From contig CANQTA010000002.1 in NCBI GenBank assembly GCA_947626655.1, positions 1 to 62,309 of the forward strand: DNA of 62,309 bases, in the 5' to 3' direction. The DNA comes from an uncultured Bacilli bacterium (GTDB taxonomy: Bacteria; Bacillota_I; Bacilli_A; RF39; UBA660). Positions 44,545 to 54,909 of this stretch are shown here, in pieces; the stretch's first letter is position 1, and every line of letters begins with the position of its first letter. The notes below the pieces were generated by a model. That model was not told the DNA's origin. It ran no database searches and saw only the letters and a program-made list of their open reading frames with translations. The translations under genes and the position numbers were made by a program.

Positions 44545-44580
44545 AAAAAATTGTAAGAACTTAATCCTACAATTTTTTTT
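44545..44580. terminator. bidirectional terminator between convergent genes
   Basis: AAAAAATTGTA...TACAATTTTTTTT, with A-run and T-run flanks. Overlaps the argS stop. Confidence 0.6.
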
Positions 44581-46309
44581 ACATTCTCTCAGGAACATCA
44601 ATTGCTAATATATTTAGCATTATTTGACATACTTTATAAACTGTCTCTGTTAAAAATAACCATGATTCTTGTAAATCTTTATCAGTTTCTTTTAATATAA
44701 TATGTTCAGTATAAAACCGATTATAACTAGTACAAATTTTATAAAGATATTCTGCTATTTCATTTAAAGACTTAGTATTAAAAGCATTATTTAAAACTTT
44801 ATCCATATTATTTAACAATAAAATTAAATCACGATCATACTTAGAAGCTATTACTTTAAAATCTTTATATACTAAGTTATTTTCTTGGGCTTTACGTAAT
44901 AACGATTTCATTCTAATCACCGAATATAAAATATATGAACCAGTTTTACCTTCTAAATCACAAAACTTTTCTAAATCAAAATTATAATCAGTTTCTCTAT
45001 TTGGTAACATATCAGCATATTTTACTGTTGCTAAAGCAATTTTTTCCGCTATTTCATCTCTTTTTTCAGTTATTTCTGGATTTAATCTTCTTAAACACTC
45101 ATCCTTAACTGCCGAAAGCAAATCATTAAGACGCATTACCCCACCATCACGAGTCTTAAATGGCTTACCGTCTTTTCCATTCATCGTGCCAAAACCCGCA
45201 AAAACCAATTTAGTATCTTCAGAAACAATTTGAGATTTATATGCTGCCCGAAAAACTTGAGTAAAATGCAACTCTTGTCTCTTATCAGCAACATACCATA
45301 TTTCATCTAATTGATAATTTCGAGTTCGTTCATATATAGTTGCTAACTCAGTAGTACTATACAATATACCCCCATCAGACTTTATTAATAACATGGGAGG
45401 TATTTCTAATTTATCAGTTGGTAAACTTACATTTATAACACGAGCTCCCTCACTACTTTCCACAATTCCCTTTTTATCTAAATATTCTAACAATTCGGGA
45501 ACATATTTCTCAGCATCGCTTTCCCCTTTATATAAATCAAATTCGGCATTTAATCTATTATAAATTTTTTGAATATCACTTTTTGAAACTTCCATTATTT
45601 GTTGCCACAAAGCATAAATACCTCTTTCGTTATCTTGCAATCTTTTAGTCATTTCTTGAGCTTCTTTTAAATAATCAGGATCTTCCTTTGCTAACTTAGA
45701 AGCCAAAGGATAAACTTCTTCTAACAATGCATTAGTAATAAGAGCTTTGGGATAATCACCCTTATAATTTTTATCAAAAAATACCCAATCTGGATTTCTT
45801 TTAGCTAATTCTAACATAACTAAACCTAAAGGACGTCCCCAGTCTCCTAAATGTGTATCAGCAATTGTATTATAACCTAAATATTGACATAATCTTTTTA
45901 AAGCCTCACCAATATTAGCACTACGCAAATGCCCCACATGTAAACTTTTAGCTACATTAGCTCCACCATAATCTAAAAATATAAGCTTATTATTACGAGC
46001 ATAAGCATAATCATCAATCTTCATAAAATCAATTAAAGCTTTATCACTTATTTTTAAATTAATAAAACCTGGCCCAGCCATACTTACTTCTTGAAAAAAT
46101 TCATCGTCCTTTAAACCATCAACAATTTTTTTAGCTATTTCTAAGGGATTTTGATGATATTCTTTAGCTAATGCCATAACTCCATTAAATTGATAATCTC
46201 CTAAATCCGGACGACTAGATTCTAAAACTTGAACTTCCTCCACTTGATAATCCAAATTTAATAAAGTTTTCTTTATTTTATCTTCAATTAATGTATAAAA
46301 TTTTTTCAT
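44579..46309 (-). CDS. argS: arginine--tRNA ligase
   Basis: HVGHLRS (HIGH) motif and class I architecture. Start set at ATG MKKFYTL after GGTGA. Confidence 0.93.
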   Translation of the reverse strand: MKKFYTLIEDKIKKTLLNLDYQVEEVQVLESSRPDLGDYQFNGVMALAKEYHQNPLEIAKKIVDGLKDDEFFQEVSMAGPGFINLKISDKALIDFMKIDDYAYARNNKLIFLDYGGANVAKSLHVGHLRSANIGEALKRLCQYLGYNTIADTHLGDWGRPLGLVMLELAKRNPDWVFFDKNYKGDYPKALITNALLEEVYPLASKLAKEDPDYLKEAQEMTKRLQDNERGIYALWQQIMEVSKSDIQKIYNRLNAEFDLYKGESDAEKYVPELLEYLDKKGIVESSEGARVINVSLPTDKLEIPPMLLIKSDGGILYSTTELATIYERTRNYQLDEIWYVADKRQELHFTQVFRAAYKSQIVSEDTKLVFAGFGTMNGKDGKPFKTRDGGVMRLNDLLSAVKDECLRRLNPEITEKRDEIAEKIALATVKYADMLPNRETDYNFDLEKFCDLEGKTGSYILYSVIRMKSLLRKAQENNLVYKDFKVIASKYDRDLILLLNNMDKVLNNAFNTKSLNEIAEYLYKICTSYNRFYTEHIILKETDKDLQESWLFLTETVYKVCQIMLNILAIDVPERM

Positions 46310-46356
46310 TTTCTTCACCAACTTAAATAATAATTTTTATTTTAACAAAAAAAACT

Positions 46357-47733
46357 CTATCTCGCAACATTATATGATAACATCATTTCTGCAAATCTTG
46401 CTACAATTTGATCAATATCATATATATTTATATTTTCCAAATCAATCCCTAATAATACTATATTTCTTATATCACTACCAATCACCTTAGTATTTATTTC
46501 ATCTCGATCACCAAAACGATTAGTAAATGACTGGCTATTTCCATATAAAAGTAACTTTCTTAATGCTCCATCTGCTTGCATATCATTATAAACCTTTTTT
46601 GTATTATTATAAGCTTTTTTAATTATATCCAATTTTTGCCAATCATTTAACGTATTACTTTGATTTCTAAATAATAATAAATTAATATAAGTATCAATTA
46701 ATAAATCTAAATCATCCGGAATTACTTCGCCATTAACTCTCAACTTATCTTCTAATATACTTTTGACCATTTCCGGTCTTACATACTTAATTAAACCAGC
46801 TCTGGCCATATTAGTTCTTGTAAAATAATTAGGATCTCCACTCATATAATGACGAATAGCAGATTTAACATTACCAGGATGAGCTTTATAAGTCTCATAT
46901 ATAGCTCTTTCAAAATATATCATCGGATGGGTAACTCTACTACGATCTTCATAAATATCTATTTGTTTATTGTAAACATGATCAAAAAAATCATCTAAAG
47001 TAAAATCTTTACTCGTAACTGATGCGATTAAAGAATAAATATCTTTTAAATCTAAATCCGAAACATCACGGCATTGATTTTTAACATAATTACTAAACCC
47101 ATCAACTGTCATACTTGCTAAACAATTTCTACTTTTCATATAAAAAACATAATTTTGTAATAAAGTCGCAACTTCATAATTATAAGAATAATTATTATCC
47201 ATTGTCATCCCAATACCATTATAATTAGGTAAAAAAGGATTTACTTTTAACATATTTCTTTTTATATAAGGATCATTACTTAAAAAATATGCAACTCGCT
47301 CGGCCTCTTCTAAAGAATTAACTCTAATAACAACATTATCATTTCTAATTGTATCAGCCAATTTAGATTGATGACTAATCCCACTTTGAGCAATAAAATC
47401 AAAGATTTGTTTAACCCCATAAGATATTGCTTCTTTTTTTAAAGGAACATACATTTTAATTTCATTACCATTTAATTTACCATGCGTAAAATACAAAAAA
47501 TGCCTATTTTTAGGAGTTCTAAAAACATTAATTTGGGGATTATTTTCAAAACTAGCTTCCAAAGGGCTAAAGAAATGTTCAATATTTTGCCATTTCCCTT
47601 GTTCATTAGTAATTTTAAAATCAATTAGCATGGAATAAATAAAATTAGCATCAACATTTCTATTAGGATTATTTAAAGCTAACTTTTGTATTTGTTGAAT
47701 AAATTCTGCCATCGATTCATAGTTAGTATTCAT
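46357..47733 (-). CDS. hypothetical protein (458 aa from MNTNYES), no recognised domain
   Basis: Long ORF with its ATG 10 nt after GAGGAGGA. Overlaps the preceding small ORF by 11 nt. Confidence 0.6.
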   Translation of the reverse strand: MNTNYESMAEFIQQIQKLALNNPNRNVDANFIYSMLIDFKITNEQGKWQNIEHFFSPLEASFENNPQINVFRTPKNRHFLYFTHGKLNGNEIKMYVPLKKEAISYGVKQIFDFIAQSGISHQSKLADTIRNDNVVIRVNSLEEAERVAYFLSNDPYIKRNMLKVNPFLPNYNGIGMTMDNNYSYNYEVATLLQNYVFYMKSRNCLASMTVDGFSNYVKNQCRDVSDLDLKDIYSLIASVTSKDFTLDDFFDHVYNKQIDIYEDRSRVTHPMIYFERAIYETYKAHPGNVKSAIRHYMSGDPNYFTRTNMARAGLIKYVRPEMVKSILEDKLRVNGEVIPDDLDLLIDTYINLLLFRNQSNTLNDWQKLDIIKKAYNNTKKVYNDMQADGALRKLLLYGNSQSFTNRFGDRDEINTKVIGSDIRNIVLLGIDLENINIYDIDQIVARFAEMMLSYNVAR

Positions 47734-47884
47734 TATTATAATCCTCCTCACCAAAATCTGAAGTTATTTCCACAGTATTTTCCAAAAATGAATCATCGAC
47801 AATTTCATTATTTTCAATTTCACTATCATCAACAATTCGCATTTCCACATCTTCACCATCTAGTTGCCATTTTTCTGTTTTCAT
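47723..47884 (-). CDS. small acidic protein (53 aa from MKTEKWQ)
   Basis: SD AAGGTAGGGA. D/E-rich. Overlapping stop/start with the next gene. Confidence 0.4.
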   Translation of the reverse strand: MKTEKWQLDGEDVEMRIVDDSEIENNEIVDDSFLENTVEITSDFGEEDYNNEY

Positions 47885-47940
47885 CTTTATCCCTACCTTA
47901 ATCAAATTTTATCATAAAAACCTAAAAAAAAGAAGTTAAT

Positions 47941-48555
47941 TTAAGCATTAACCACTTTTGTATTGGAAATTATTTCATGCAATCCTCGTTTGTCTTTTCT
48001 CACCAATAAAGTAATAATGGAAGCAATTACAAACATTGAAAACACATAAGTAATACCAGCATTAACCATTAGATAACTACTACTTTTAACAAATAGCAAC
48101 ACTAACAAATTTAAAGTTATCGGTATAATACTGCCTATTTCTAAATAATACATAAATAAAGTTCTTAATAAGAAATTTTTAATACTACCTTCTTCCCCAT
48201 TAGTATTTATTACTTTTAAATGCATTAATTTACTTCCAATAGTTTGCCCATGATTATATTTTTGAAAGAAAACAAAATAACCAATCAATATAACAATACT
48301 AACTACACTATAAACGGCACTATATTTAGATAAGTAATAAAAATTTTCTGTATTTTTTTCGACCATCTCCATCGCTGTTATTTCACTATCATAATACTTT
48401 TCTAAAACTCCATTATACTGTGTCGAAACTTCTAAATATTTATCATAATAAGGATTAATAAATCTTATCATAGTTATTAAAGAAAATATGAACGCTACTA
48501 ATAAAATATCGATTAAATAAGCACATATTCTCTTTGTTATTTTTACATTATCCAT
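47941..48555 (-). CDS. RDD-family membrane protein
   Basis: KRICAYLIDILLVAF, then several TM helices. Confidence 0.7.
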   Translation of the reverse strand: MDNVKITKRICAYLIDILLVAFIFSLITMIRFINPYYDKYLEVSTQYNGVLEKYYDSEITAMEMVEKNTENFYYLSKYSAVYSVVSIVILIGYFVFFQKYNHGQTIGSKLMHLKVINTNGEEGSIKNFLLRTLFMYYLEIGSIIPITLNLLVLLFVKSSSYLMVNAGITYVFSMFVIASIITLLVRKDKRGLHEIISNTKVVNA

Positions 48556-48562
48556 ACATCAC

Positions 48563-49672
48563 CTATACATCTGTTTTAGCACTTAACTTCACAGATACTT
48601 GTTTTTCATTACCATTTCTAATAACTGTTATTTTTACTGTATCACCAACTTTATGTTTATAAAGTTCATATCTAAAATATGCCATATTACTAATTTCTTT
48701 ACCATTTAATTTTATAACAATATCTCCAGCTTGTAATCCGGCTTTCTCAGCTGGACTTTTTTCTGTCACATAAGTAATCAAAACCCCTGTAGTTTTATCA
48801 TAATCTAATAAATAACGATAATATTCAAAACTTCTTCTAGCTGTATCAACATTTGCTAAACCAGCTCCAAAGAACGGATAATCTGTTATTTCTCCATAAA
48901 TAATTTGTTCAGCTTTTTCAATTACAGTTTCCATTGGTATTGCAAAGCCCATACCTTCAACACCAGTTGAACTTATCTTCGCCGAAATTACCCCAATAAC
49001 CTCACCATTTGCATTACATAAAGGTCCACCTGAGTTACCAGAATTAACCGCTGCATCCGTTTGCAATACGTTCATAATATAATCACTATCACTAGAATTA
49101 CTTACAGAAACTTCTACTAATCTTTCTTTTCCCGAAATAATACCTCTTGTTACTGTCCATGAATAAACATAATCTAAAGGTGCTCCAATTGTAAATGTTG
49201 TATCTCCTACTCTTAAATTTTCTGTTTTTCCAATAGATACTGCTTCAATATTATCTTTAGTCGGAGCTTCTAGAACAGCAATATCAGCATAACGATCTCC
49301 CCCTAGTAATCTAACCTCTACTTCTTCACCATCTGTATAAGTTACTTTAAATTTATTACCATCAGCAATAACATGATGATTAGTTATAATATAAAATTTA
49401 TCCTTTTCATTTTTATAAACAAATCCACTACCAGATGCATATAATTTATCATCTTTATAAGTTGAAACAATGACTACTGAATCATAAACCTTTTCTACTG
49501 CATCAGCAATTCCCTCATCAGTCACCGTAACATCTTTTTCAACTCTTGTAATTGTCTCTTGAAATATGGCTGGAAATTTATATATTATCCCATAAGTCAA
49601 AAAGACTCCTAACAATAATATAAATATTGTATAAACTATTCCCCTTACTTTACTATTTGCATTTTGTTTCAT
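48563..49672 (-). CDS. htrA: HtrA/DegP-family serine protease with PDZ domain
   Basis: N-terminal TM. HH, D and GNSGGPL catalytic motifs. C-terminal PDZ (GLQAGDIVIKLNGKEI). Confidence 0.9.
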   Translation of the reverse strand: MKQNANSKVRGIVYTIFILLLGVFLTYGIIYKFPAIFQETITRVEKDVTVTDEGIADAVEKVYDSVVIVSTYKDDKLYASGSGFVYKNEKDKFYIITNHHVIADGNKFKVTYTDGEEVEVRLLGGDRYADIAVLEAPTKDNIEAVSIGKTENLRVGDTTFTIGAPLDYVYSWTVTRGIISGKERLVEVSVSNSSDSDYIMNVLQTDAAVNSGNSGGPLCNANGEVIGVISAKISSTGVEGMGFAIPMETVIEKAEQIIYGEITDYPFFGAGLANVDTARRSFEYYRYLLDYDKTTGVLITYVTEKSPAEKAGLQAGDIVIKLNGKEISNMAYFRYELYKHKVGDTVKITVIRNGNEKQVSVKLSAKTDV

Positions 49673-49673
49673 T

Positions 49674-50609
49674 TCAATTTAACCTCACTATCTCTTTATA
49701 ATTTACAGGAAATCCCATTGCTTCTAATACTTTAGTTATTTCAATTGCTTCTAATTTACCATCTAAAATATCTAATTCATAACTTATTTCATGCATCATT
49801 AAGACAAAATCTTCTTCTTTTAATATTTGTTTCATAATAATTATGATGGCAAACAAATCATTAACTCCACACACATAATCTCCATCTTCATTATATGGAA
49901 TATTAAGTAAATCATGATATTTTGTTTTATCGATTGTTTTATGGGTTTTATTATTAAAACATAAATCTTCATGAGCACAGAGATTACGATAATTAGCTAA
50001 AATCGGAAAATAATTAGCTAAATTATGAACTGACACTCCATAAATATCCGCAATTTCTTCTTGGTCTTGTTTTTGCAATATTTGATAAAGTTCCGAAACA
50101 ATCCCAAAAGATAAAACTTTTACTACTATCCATAACGGAATATAACCATAATTAGCGATGTAATGACTCGTCGCTGCATGTTGTTTACCATTAACATTTA
50201 TCTGCCTTTTCATTTTTCTAAGTAAATCATTTATCTGCCGCGTTTTACTAGCATCCTTCACAAAATTTTCAGCATTTAAATAATTTTGCTCTTTAAAACC
50301 ATGATTTTTACTCATAACATATGACAAAATACTTTTTAAGTTATTTTCAACAATTAAAATATTTTTAAATAAAATATTTCTTAATTGGCGATCAAAATTA
50401 AAAAGCCCATAAATTTCACGAAAATTAGTCCCATGAATAAACCTTCTACTACCATCTTCTTTCAAAAATAAATGTCGATAACCACTCAAGAAAAAATAAT
50501 TTTCTCTTAACAACACTTCTTTTGCATAATCTACATCATCAATTACAAGTCCTTTTTTTATAAGTAAATCTACTTGCTCATCTAATGTTTTAAATGTCTT
50601 TGACCCCAT
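49674..50609 (-). CDS. Abi_2 (AbiD/AbiF-like) abortive-infection family protein
   Basis: KTFKTLDEQVDLLIKKGLVIDD...ENYFFLSGYRHLF matches the characteristic N terminus. Its stop is 1 nt from the htrA start. Confidence 0.72.
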   Translation of the reverse strand: MGSKTFKTLDEQVDLLIKKGLVIDDVDYAKEVLLRENYFFLSGYRHLFLKEDGSRRFIHGTNFREIYGLFNFDRQLRNILFKNILIVENNLKSILSYVMSKNHGFKEQNYLNAENFVKDASKTRQINDLLRKMKRQINVNGKQHAATSHYIANYGYIPLWIVVKVLSFGIVSELYQILQKQDQEEIADIYGVSVHNLANYFPILANYRNLCAHEDLCFNNKTHKTIDKTKYHDLLNIPYNEDGDYVCGVNDLFAIIIIMKQILKEEDFVLMMHEISYELDILDGKLEAIEITKVLEAMGFPVNYKEIVRLN

Positions 50610-50739
50610 ATCTATTCACCTACAATTAAAATTATAACATAAGAAGCATTATAAATATATCTATTTTTGTTGTATTTTTTATAACAATTTTGTGTTTTTT
50701 TAGTGAAATTTGTTATAATTATTAAAAGGAAGTGTTTTC

Positions 50740-51645
50740 ATGCCAACAGTTTATACCCATTATAAATTTGGTCAAGATGTCCTAAGCCAAGTAAATAAAA
50801 AGCTTAATCAATCTATAAATCAAGAAATAAGCTACTACAATATGTTTAATCAAGGCTGGGACAATTTATTTTATTATCATCTTAAATGGAGTTACTATCG
50901 CAATTTTGCTATTCGAGCTCACAAAAAAGATGTCCCTTTATTCTTTCAAAATATTATAGAATATATTAAAGATAACCATTTATCTAATAATCCCTTTCTT
51001 ACTAACATGTTATATGGTTTTCTTAATCACTATATTCTAGACACTCTTATGCATCCCCTTATTAATTATCAAGTAGAAAACTTAAATATCCCCCATGTCC
51101 GCATTGAATATAACATTGATAAATATTTATTTTATCAAGAATATCCAAAGTGGCAAAATAAATTATATAAAACATTAATTCCCCAACTAAAATTTCCCGA
51201 AGATTTAACTAAATTAATCGATTACACTTTTTTAAACACTCATAACATTTCTAATATTGGTAAAATCTTCAATAAATCCCACAACAACGGTTATTTAATC
51301 TATCGCTATTTTATTCAAGACACCTACGGTCTTAAATCTAAATTATATAAATTAGTTGACTTCATTACTCCCCAACAATTCTTTAAATTTAATGAATTTG
51401 CTTTTTATATTAAACATGTCAATTTAGATATTCTCAACACCACCCATACTAATTGGCAACATCCCACTACTTTAGAAACATATAATTATTCCTTTGATGA
51501 TTTATATCATATTTGTTCAAAAATAGCTATTAAGTTCAATAATGATGCCTTCAAAGTTCTCAATAATAAACTTTCTATCACAGAATTTATTGCTAATATT
51601 AAACTTATCAATCTTAAAAATATTCCAAAACTCCTTTCGCTATAG
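50740..51645 (+). CDS. zinc-dependent phospholipase C-like family protein
   Basis: N-terminal TVYTHYKFG and HYILDTLMHP His motifs. Confidence 0.5.
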   Translation: MPTVYTHYKFGQDVLSQVNKKLNQSINQEISYYNMFNQGWDNLFYYHLKWSYYRNFAIRAHKKDVPLFFQNIIEYIKDNHLSNNPFLTNMLYGFLNHYILDTLMHPLINYQVENLNIPHVRIEYNIDKYLFYQEYPKWQNKLYKTLIPQLKFPEDLTKLIDYTFLNTHNISNIGKIFNKSHNNGYLIYRYFIQDTYGLKSKLYKLVDFITPQQFFKFNEFAFYIKHVNLDILNTTHTNWQHPTTLETYNYSFDDLYHICSKIAIKFNNDAFKVLNNKLSITEFIANIKLINLKNIPKLLSL

Positions 51646-52258
51646 TTTTACTAACTTTCTTTTGATAATCTTCTGTAACTAATAAATTCCTTTCTTTACC
51701 ATTTGATAGAAAACCACATTCAATTAAAATACCAGGTACTTCTAATTTATTATACATATAAGTATCACTTGGTATTTTTTTGGCTTTTCTATCCCCTTTT
51801 AATTCTTGATTCATCACCATTTGCATAGTTTCTGCTAAATCTTTATTCTCATCATTATAAAAAACTTGTGGTCCATAATAATTACTATTACTTAAATAAT
51901 TTAAATGAATACTAATATACATATCTGCTTCGCTTTCATTAATTAATTTTATTCGATTATCAAAATCACTTTTCTTACGATAATCTGCCTTTGGAGTCGA
52001 TAAATCATAATCACCATCTCTAGTCATAATTACTTGTGCTCCTAAGGCTCCTAATTCTTTTTCTAAATATAAACTAATACTTAAATTAATATCTTTTTCA
52101 TAAATCTTTCCATAACTAGTTCCTGGGTCTTTAGCACCATGACCAGCATCAATTACAATTGTTTTTCCTGTTAAAGGCATAACTGCTTCCACTTTTAAAG
52201 AATAAAACACTAAAACCCCAATAAAAAAAGTAAATAATACACTAAACATTTTTTTCAT
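51614..52258 (-). CDS. N-acetylmuramoyl-L-alanine amidase (Amidase_3, CwlD-like)
   Basis: Signal/TM, then IVIDAGHGAKDPG, ISIHLN, LIECGFLSN. Confidence 0.85.
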   Translation of the reverse strand: MKKMFSVLFTFFIGVLVFYSLKVEAVMPLTGKTIVIDAGHGAKDPGTSYGKIYEKDINLSISLYLEKELGALGAQVIMTRDGDYDLSTPKADYRKKSDFDNRIKLINESEADMYISIHLNYLSNSNYYGPQVFYNDENKDLAETMQMVMNQELKGDRKAKKIPSDTYMYNKLEVPGILIECGFLSNGKERNLLVTEDYQKKVSKTIAKGVLEYF

Positions 52259-52300
52259 AATATATATTTATGATAAATATACAAATTTATTAATTTAGTT

Positions 52301-52522
52301 TTATTTACTATAATAATTTCTAACTGGGGAAGATGTATTTATTACATTGATAAGACCTATCTTATTAGACACAACTTTAAAACCTCCAACATTATACCGA
52401 GGATCATCTTCATCAGTTGTATTTCTTTTTAATATTTTATTCATTTTAATCATTATTTCTTTAGATAATTCCTCATCAATAATATCTAAACAATAATCAA
52501 AAAGACGAAAATGATTTTTCAT
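52301..52522 (-). pseudogene. possible Fic-family remnant lacking the HPFxxGNG core
   Basis: IKMNKILKRNT...YNVGGFKVVSNKIG resembles the segment preceding the Fic motif. The ORF ends before any catalytic motif. Confidence 0.25.
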
Positions 52523-52539
52523 TTCTATTAAATTAATGT

Positions 52540-54909
52540 TTACTTATCTCTTAACACTGCAGCAAATTTCTTTTCAACTGTTTCAATAATCTTATTAAAT
52601 ACCATCATTACTTCTTCATCAACTAAAGTTTTATTTTCATCTCTAAAAGTTAACTTATAAGCAATTGACTTCTTACCCTCACTAATATTTGGATATAAAT
52701 CAAAGACTTCGGCTGCTACTAATATACGTCCTCCTTCTTTTTTAATAACATTTTTAATATCTTCACTTTGAACTTGATTATCCACAATAAAAGCCATATC
52801 TTTAACTATTTCTGGATATTTAGAAACACTTTTAAATTTAAGCGCTTTAATACTTTTTTCATATAACTTTGTTAAAGAAATTTCACTTACATAAATATCA
52901 TCTTTCTTCAAGCTAGGATGTACCTTACCAATAACTCCAACTTCTTCTTTATCAACTAAAATTTTAGCACTTATACCAGGATGCAAGTCAGCTACTTTAT
53001 CTGCTACAAAACTATAACGATTTTTATATCCTAAATAATCCAATAAATTTTCTACAATTCCTTTAATTAAATAGAAATCGACTTTAACATTTACTCCTAA
53101 CCACTCATTAGTTAAATATTCCCCTTTCATTAAAAGAGCTACCTTTAAATCTTCTTGGAAATCTTTATCATAAGTTTTAGCTATTTCATAAATATTAACA
53201 TCTTTTACTCCTCTTGCTGTATTATAATCATAAACATTTAAAAGTGAAGGTAAAATACTCGTCCTAATCACCGATTTATCAATACTCATTGGATTTGGTA
53301 AAAGAGCATTTTCCCGAGCCTCATATTTAAATAATTTTGCCATTGCGGGACTTATCAAAGTATAAGTCTTACACTCATTTATCCCTAAAGTTCTTAATCT
53401 TCTAGAGGTCTCTTTTCTAATTTTTACATCGCCAACATATACTCCTTGTCGCGTTTCTCCTTTAGGCAGCGTGGAAACTAAATTATGATAACCATATAAT
53501 CTACCTATTTCTTCCGCAATATCATTAATATTTGGATCAATATCTAATCTTCTTCTAGGAATTTCTACTGTAAACATTTCATTTTGATATTCATAAGGAA
53601 AATCTAATCTTCCCAATTCAACTTTAACATCTTCATCACTTATTTTAATACCCAATATTTTGTTAACATCTTCTGTTTTAAATGTTACCTTTTTTACTTC
53701 TTTATCAACTTTATCATGACAAATAATTCCTTTTAATATCTTAGCATCAGCATATTTTTCTAATAAGTGACAAGCTCTTTCCATCGCCATCTTCGTATAT
53801 TCATAATTTAAACCTTTACCATATCTAATTGAAGCTTCACTTTTTAAATTTAAATGACTAGCAGTATTTCGAATAGATACGGCATCAAATATTGCACTTT
53901 CAATTAAAATATTTTTAGTTGTTGGTAATACTTCCGTATTTTCACCACCCATAACTCCAGCAATACATACTGGCTTTTGCCCATCAGTTATGACAATATC
54001 ATTTGCTTTTAAAACTCGCTCTTGCCCATCTAAAGTTTTAATAATCTCTTTATCATGAGCTTTTCTAACTAATATTTTATTACCTAAATAATCTTTATCG
54101 AAGAAATGAAGTGGTTGACCAAATTCTAACATAACATAATTAGAAATATCGACCACATTATTAATAGGTCGCATCCCTGCACTAATTAATCTCTTTTTAA
54201 TAAATTCTGGTGACTCTTTAATAACCACATCCTTGACCATTTTAGCTAAATAATATGGACAATCATCAGTTTCTACCTTAACTTCCATAAAATCATTAAC
54301 ATCTTCCTCTATTTCTTGATGCGTTAAATCCGGTAGAGTAACCTTTTTATTTAAAATACAACCCACTTCATAAGCAAAACCAATATGATAATAACAATCA
54401 TTATTCCGATGCTTATGAACATCCAATTCATATAAAACATCACTTATTCCTAAATAATCATTGGCATCACTTCCCACTAAAACATCACTTTCAACTTCAT
54501 GAATGCCCTTAGCATAAGTCTCTTCAGTCTTCTCTTCTACTCCTAGTTCAAACAAAGCACATAACATCCCATTGGATTCAACATCTCTAATTTTACCTTT
54601 TTTAATTTCAAAATTACCCGGAAGTACTGCCCCCGGAAGAGCTACAATAACTTTTATTCCTTTTCTAGCATTAGAAGCCCCACAAACAATTTGAACTGTT
54701 TCATTACCAACATCAACCATACATATTTTTAAATGATCACTATTAGGATGGGCTTCACAAGCAACAATTTCCCCAATAACTAAATTATTAATATGATTAT
54801 CATGTACAGCTTCAACATTAACTCCAGCTTTAGTTATTTTTACAGCTAATTCTTTTAAATCTTCACCATCTAAATTTACATAATCTTTAACCCAATTTAA
54901 ACTTATCAT
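52540..54909 (-). CDS. pheT: phenylalanine--tRNA ligase beta subunit
   Basis: Full-length architecture (tRNA-binding, B3/4, B5, FDX-ACB). TAATG-type junction with pheS. Confidence 0.95.
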   Translation of the reverse strand: MISLNWVKDYVNLDGEDLKELAVKITKAGVNVEAVHDNHINNLVIGEIVACEAHPNSDHLKICMVDVGNETVQIVCGASNARKGIKVIVALPGAVLPGNFEIKKGKIRDVESNGMLCALFELGVEEKTEETYAKGIHEVESDVLVGSDANDYLGISDVLYELDVHKHRNNDCYYHIGFAYEVGCILNKKVTLPDLTHQEIEEDVNDFMEVKVETDDCPYYLAKMVKDVVIKESPEFIKKRLISAGMRPINNVVDISNYVMLEFGQPLHFFDKDYLGNKILVRKAHDKEIIKTLDGQERVLKANDIVITDGQKPVCIAGVMGGENTEVLPTTKNILIESAIFDAVSIRNTASHLNLKSEASIRYGKGLNYEYTKMAMERACHLLEKYADAKILKGIICHDKVDKEVKKVTFKTEDVNKILGIKISDEDVKVELGRLDFPYEYQNEMFTVEIPRRRLDIDPNINDIAEEIGRLYGYHNLVSTLPKGETRQGVYVGDVKIRKETSRRLRTLGINECKTYTLISPAMAKLFKYEARENALLPNPMSIDKSVIRTSILPSLLNVYDYNTARGVKDVNIYEIAKTYDKDFQEDLKVALLMKGEYLTNEWLGVNVKVDFYLIKGIVENLLDYLGYKNRYSFVADKVADLHPGISAKILVDKEEVGVIGKVHPSLKKDDIYVSEISLTKLYEKSIKALKFKSVSKYPEIVKDMAFIVDNQVQSEDIKNVIKKEGGRILVAAEVFDLYPNISEGKKSIAYKLTFRDENKTLVDEEVMMVFNKIIETVEKKFAAVLRDK

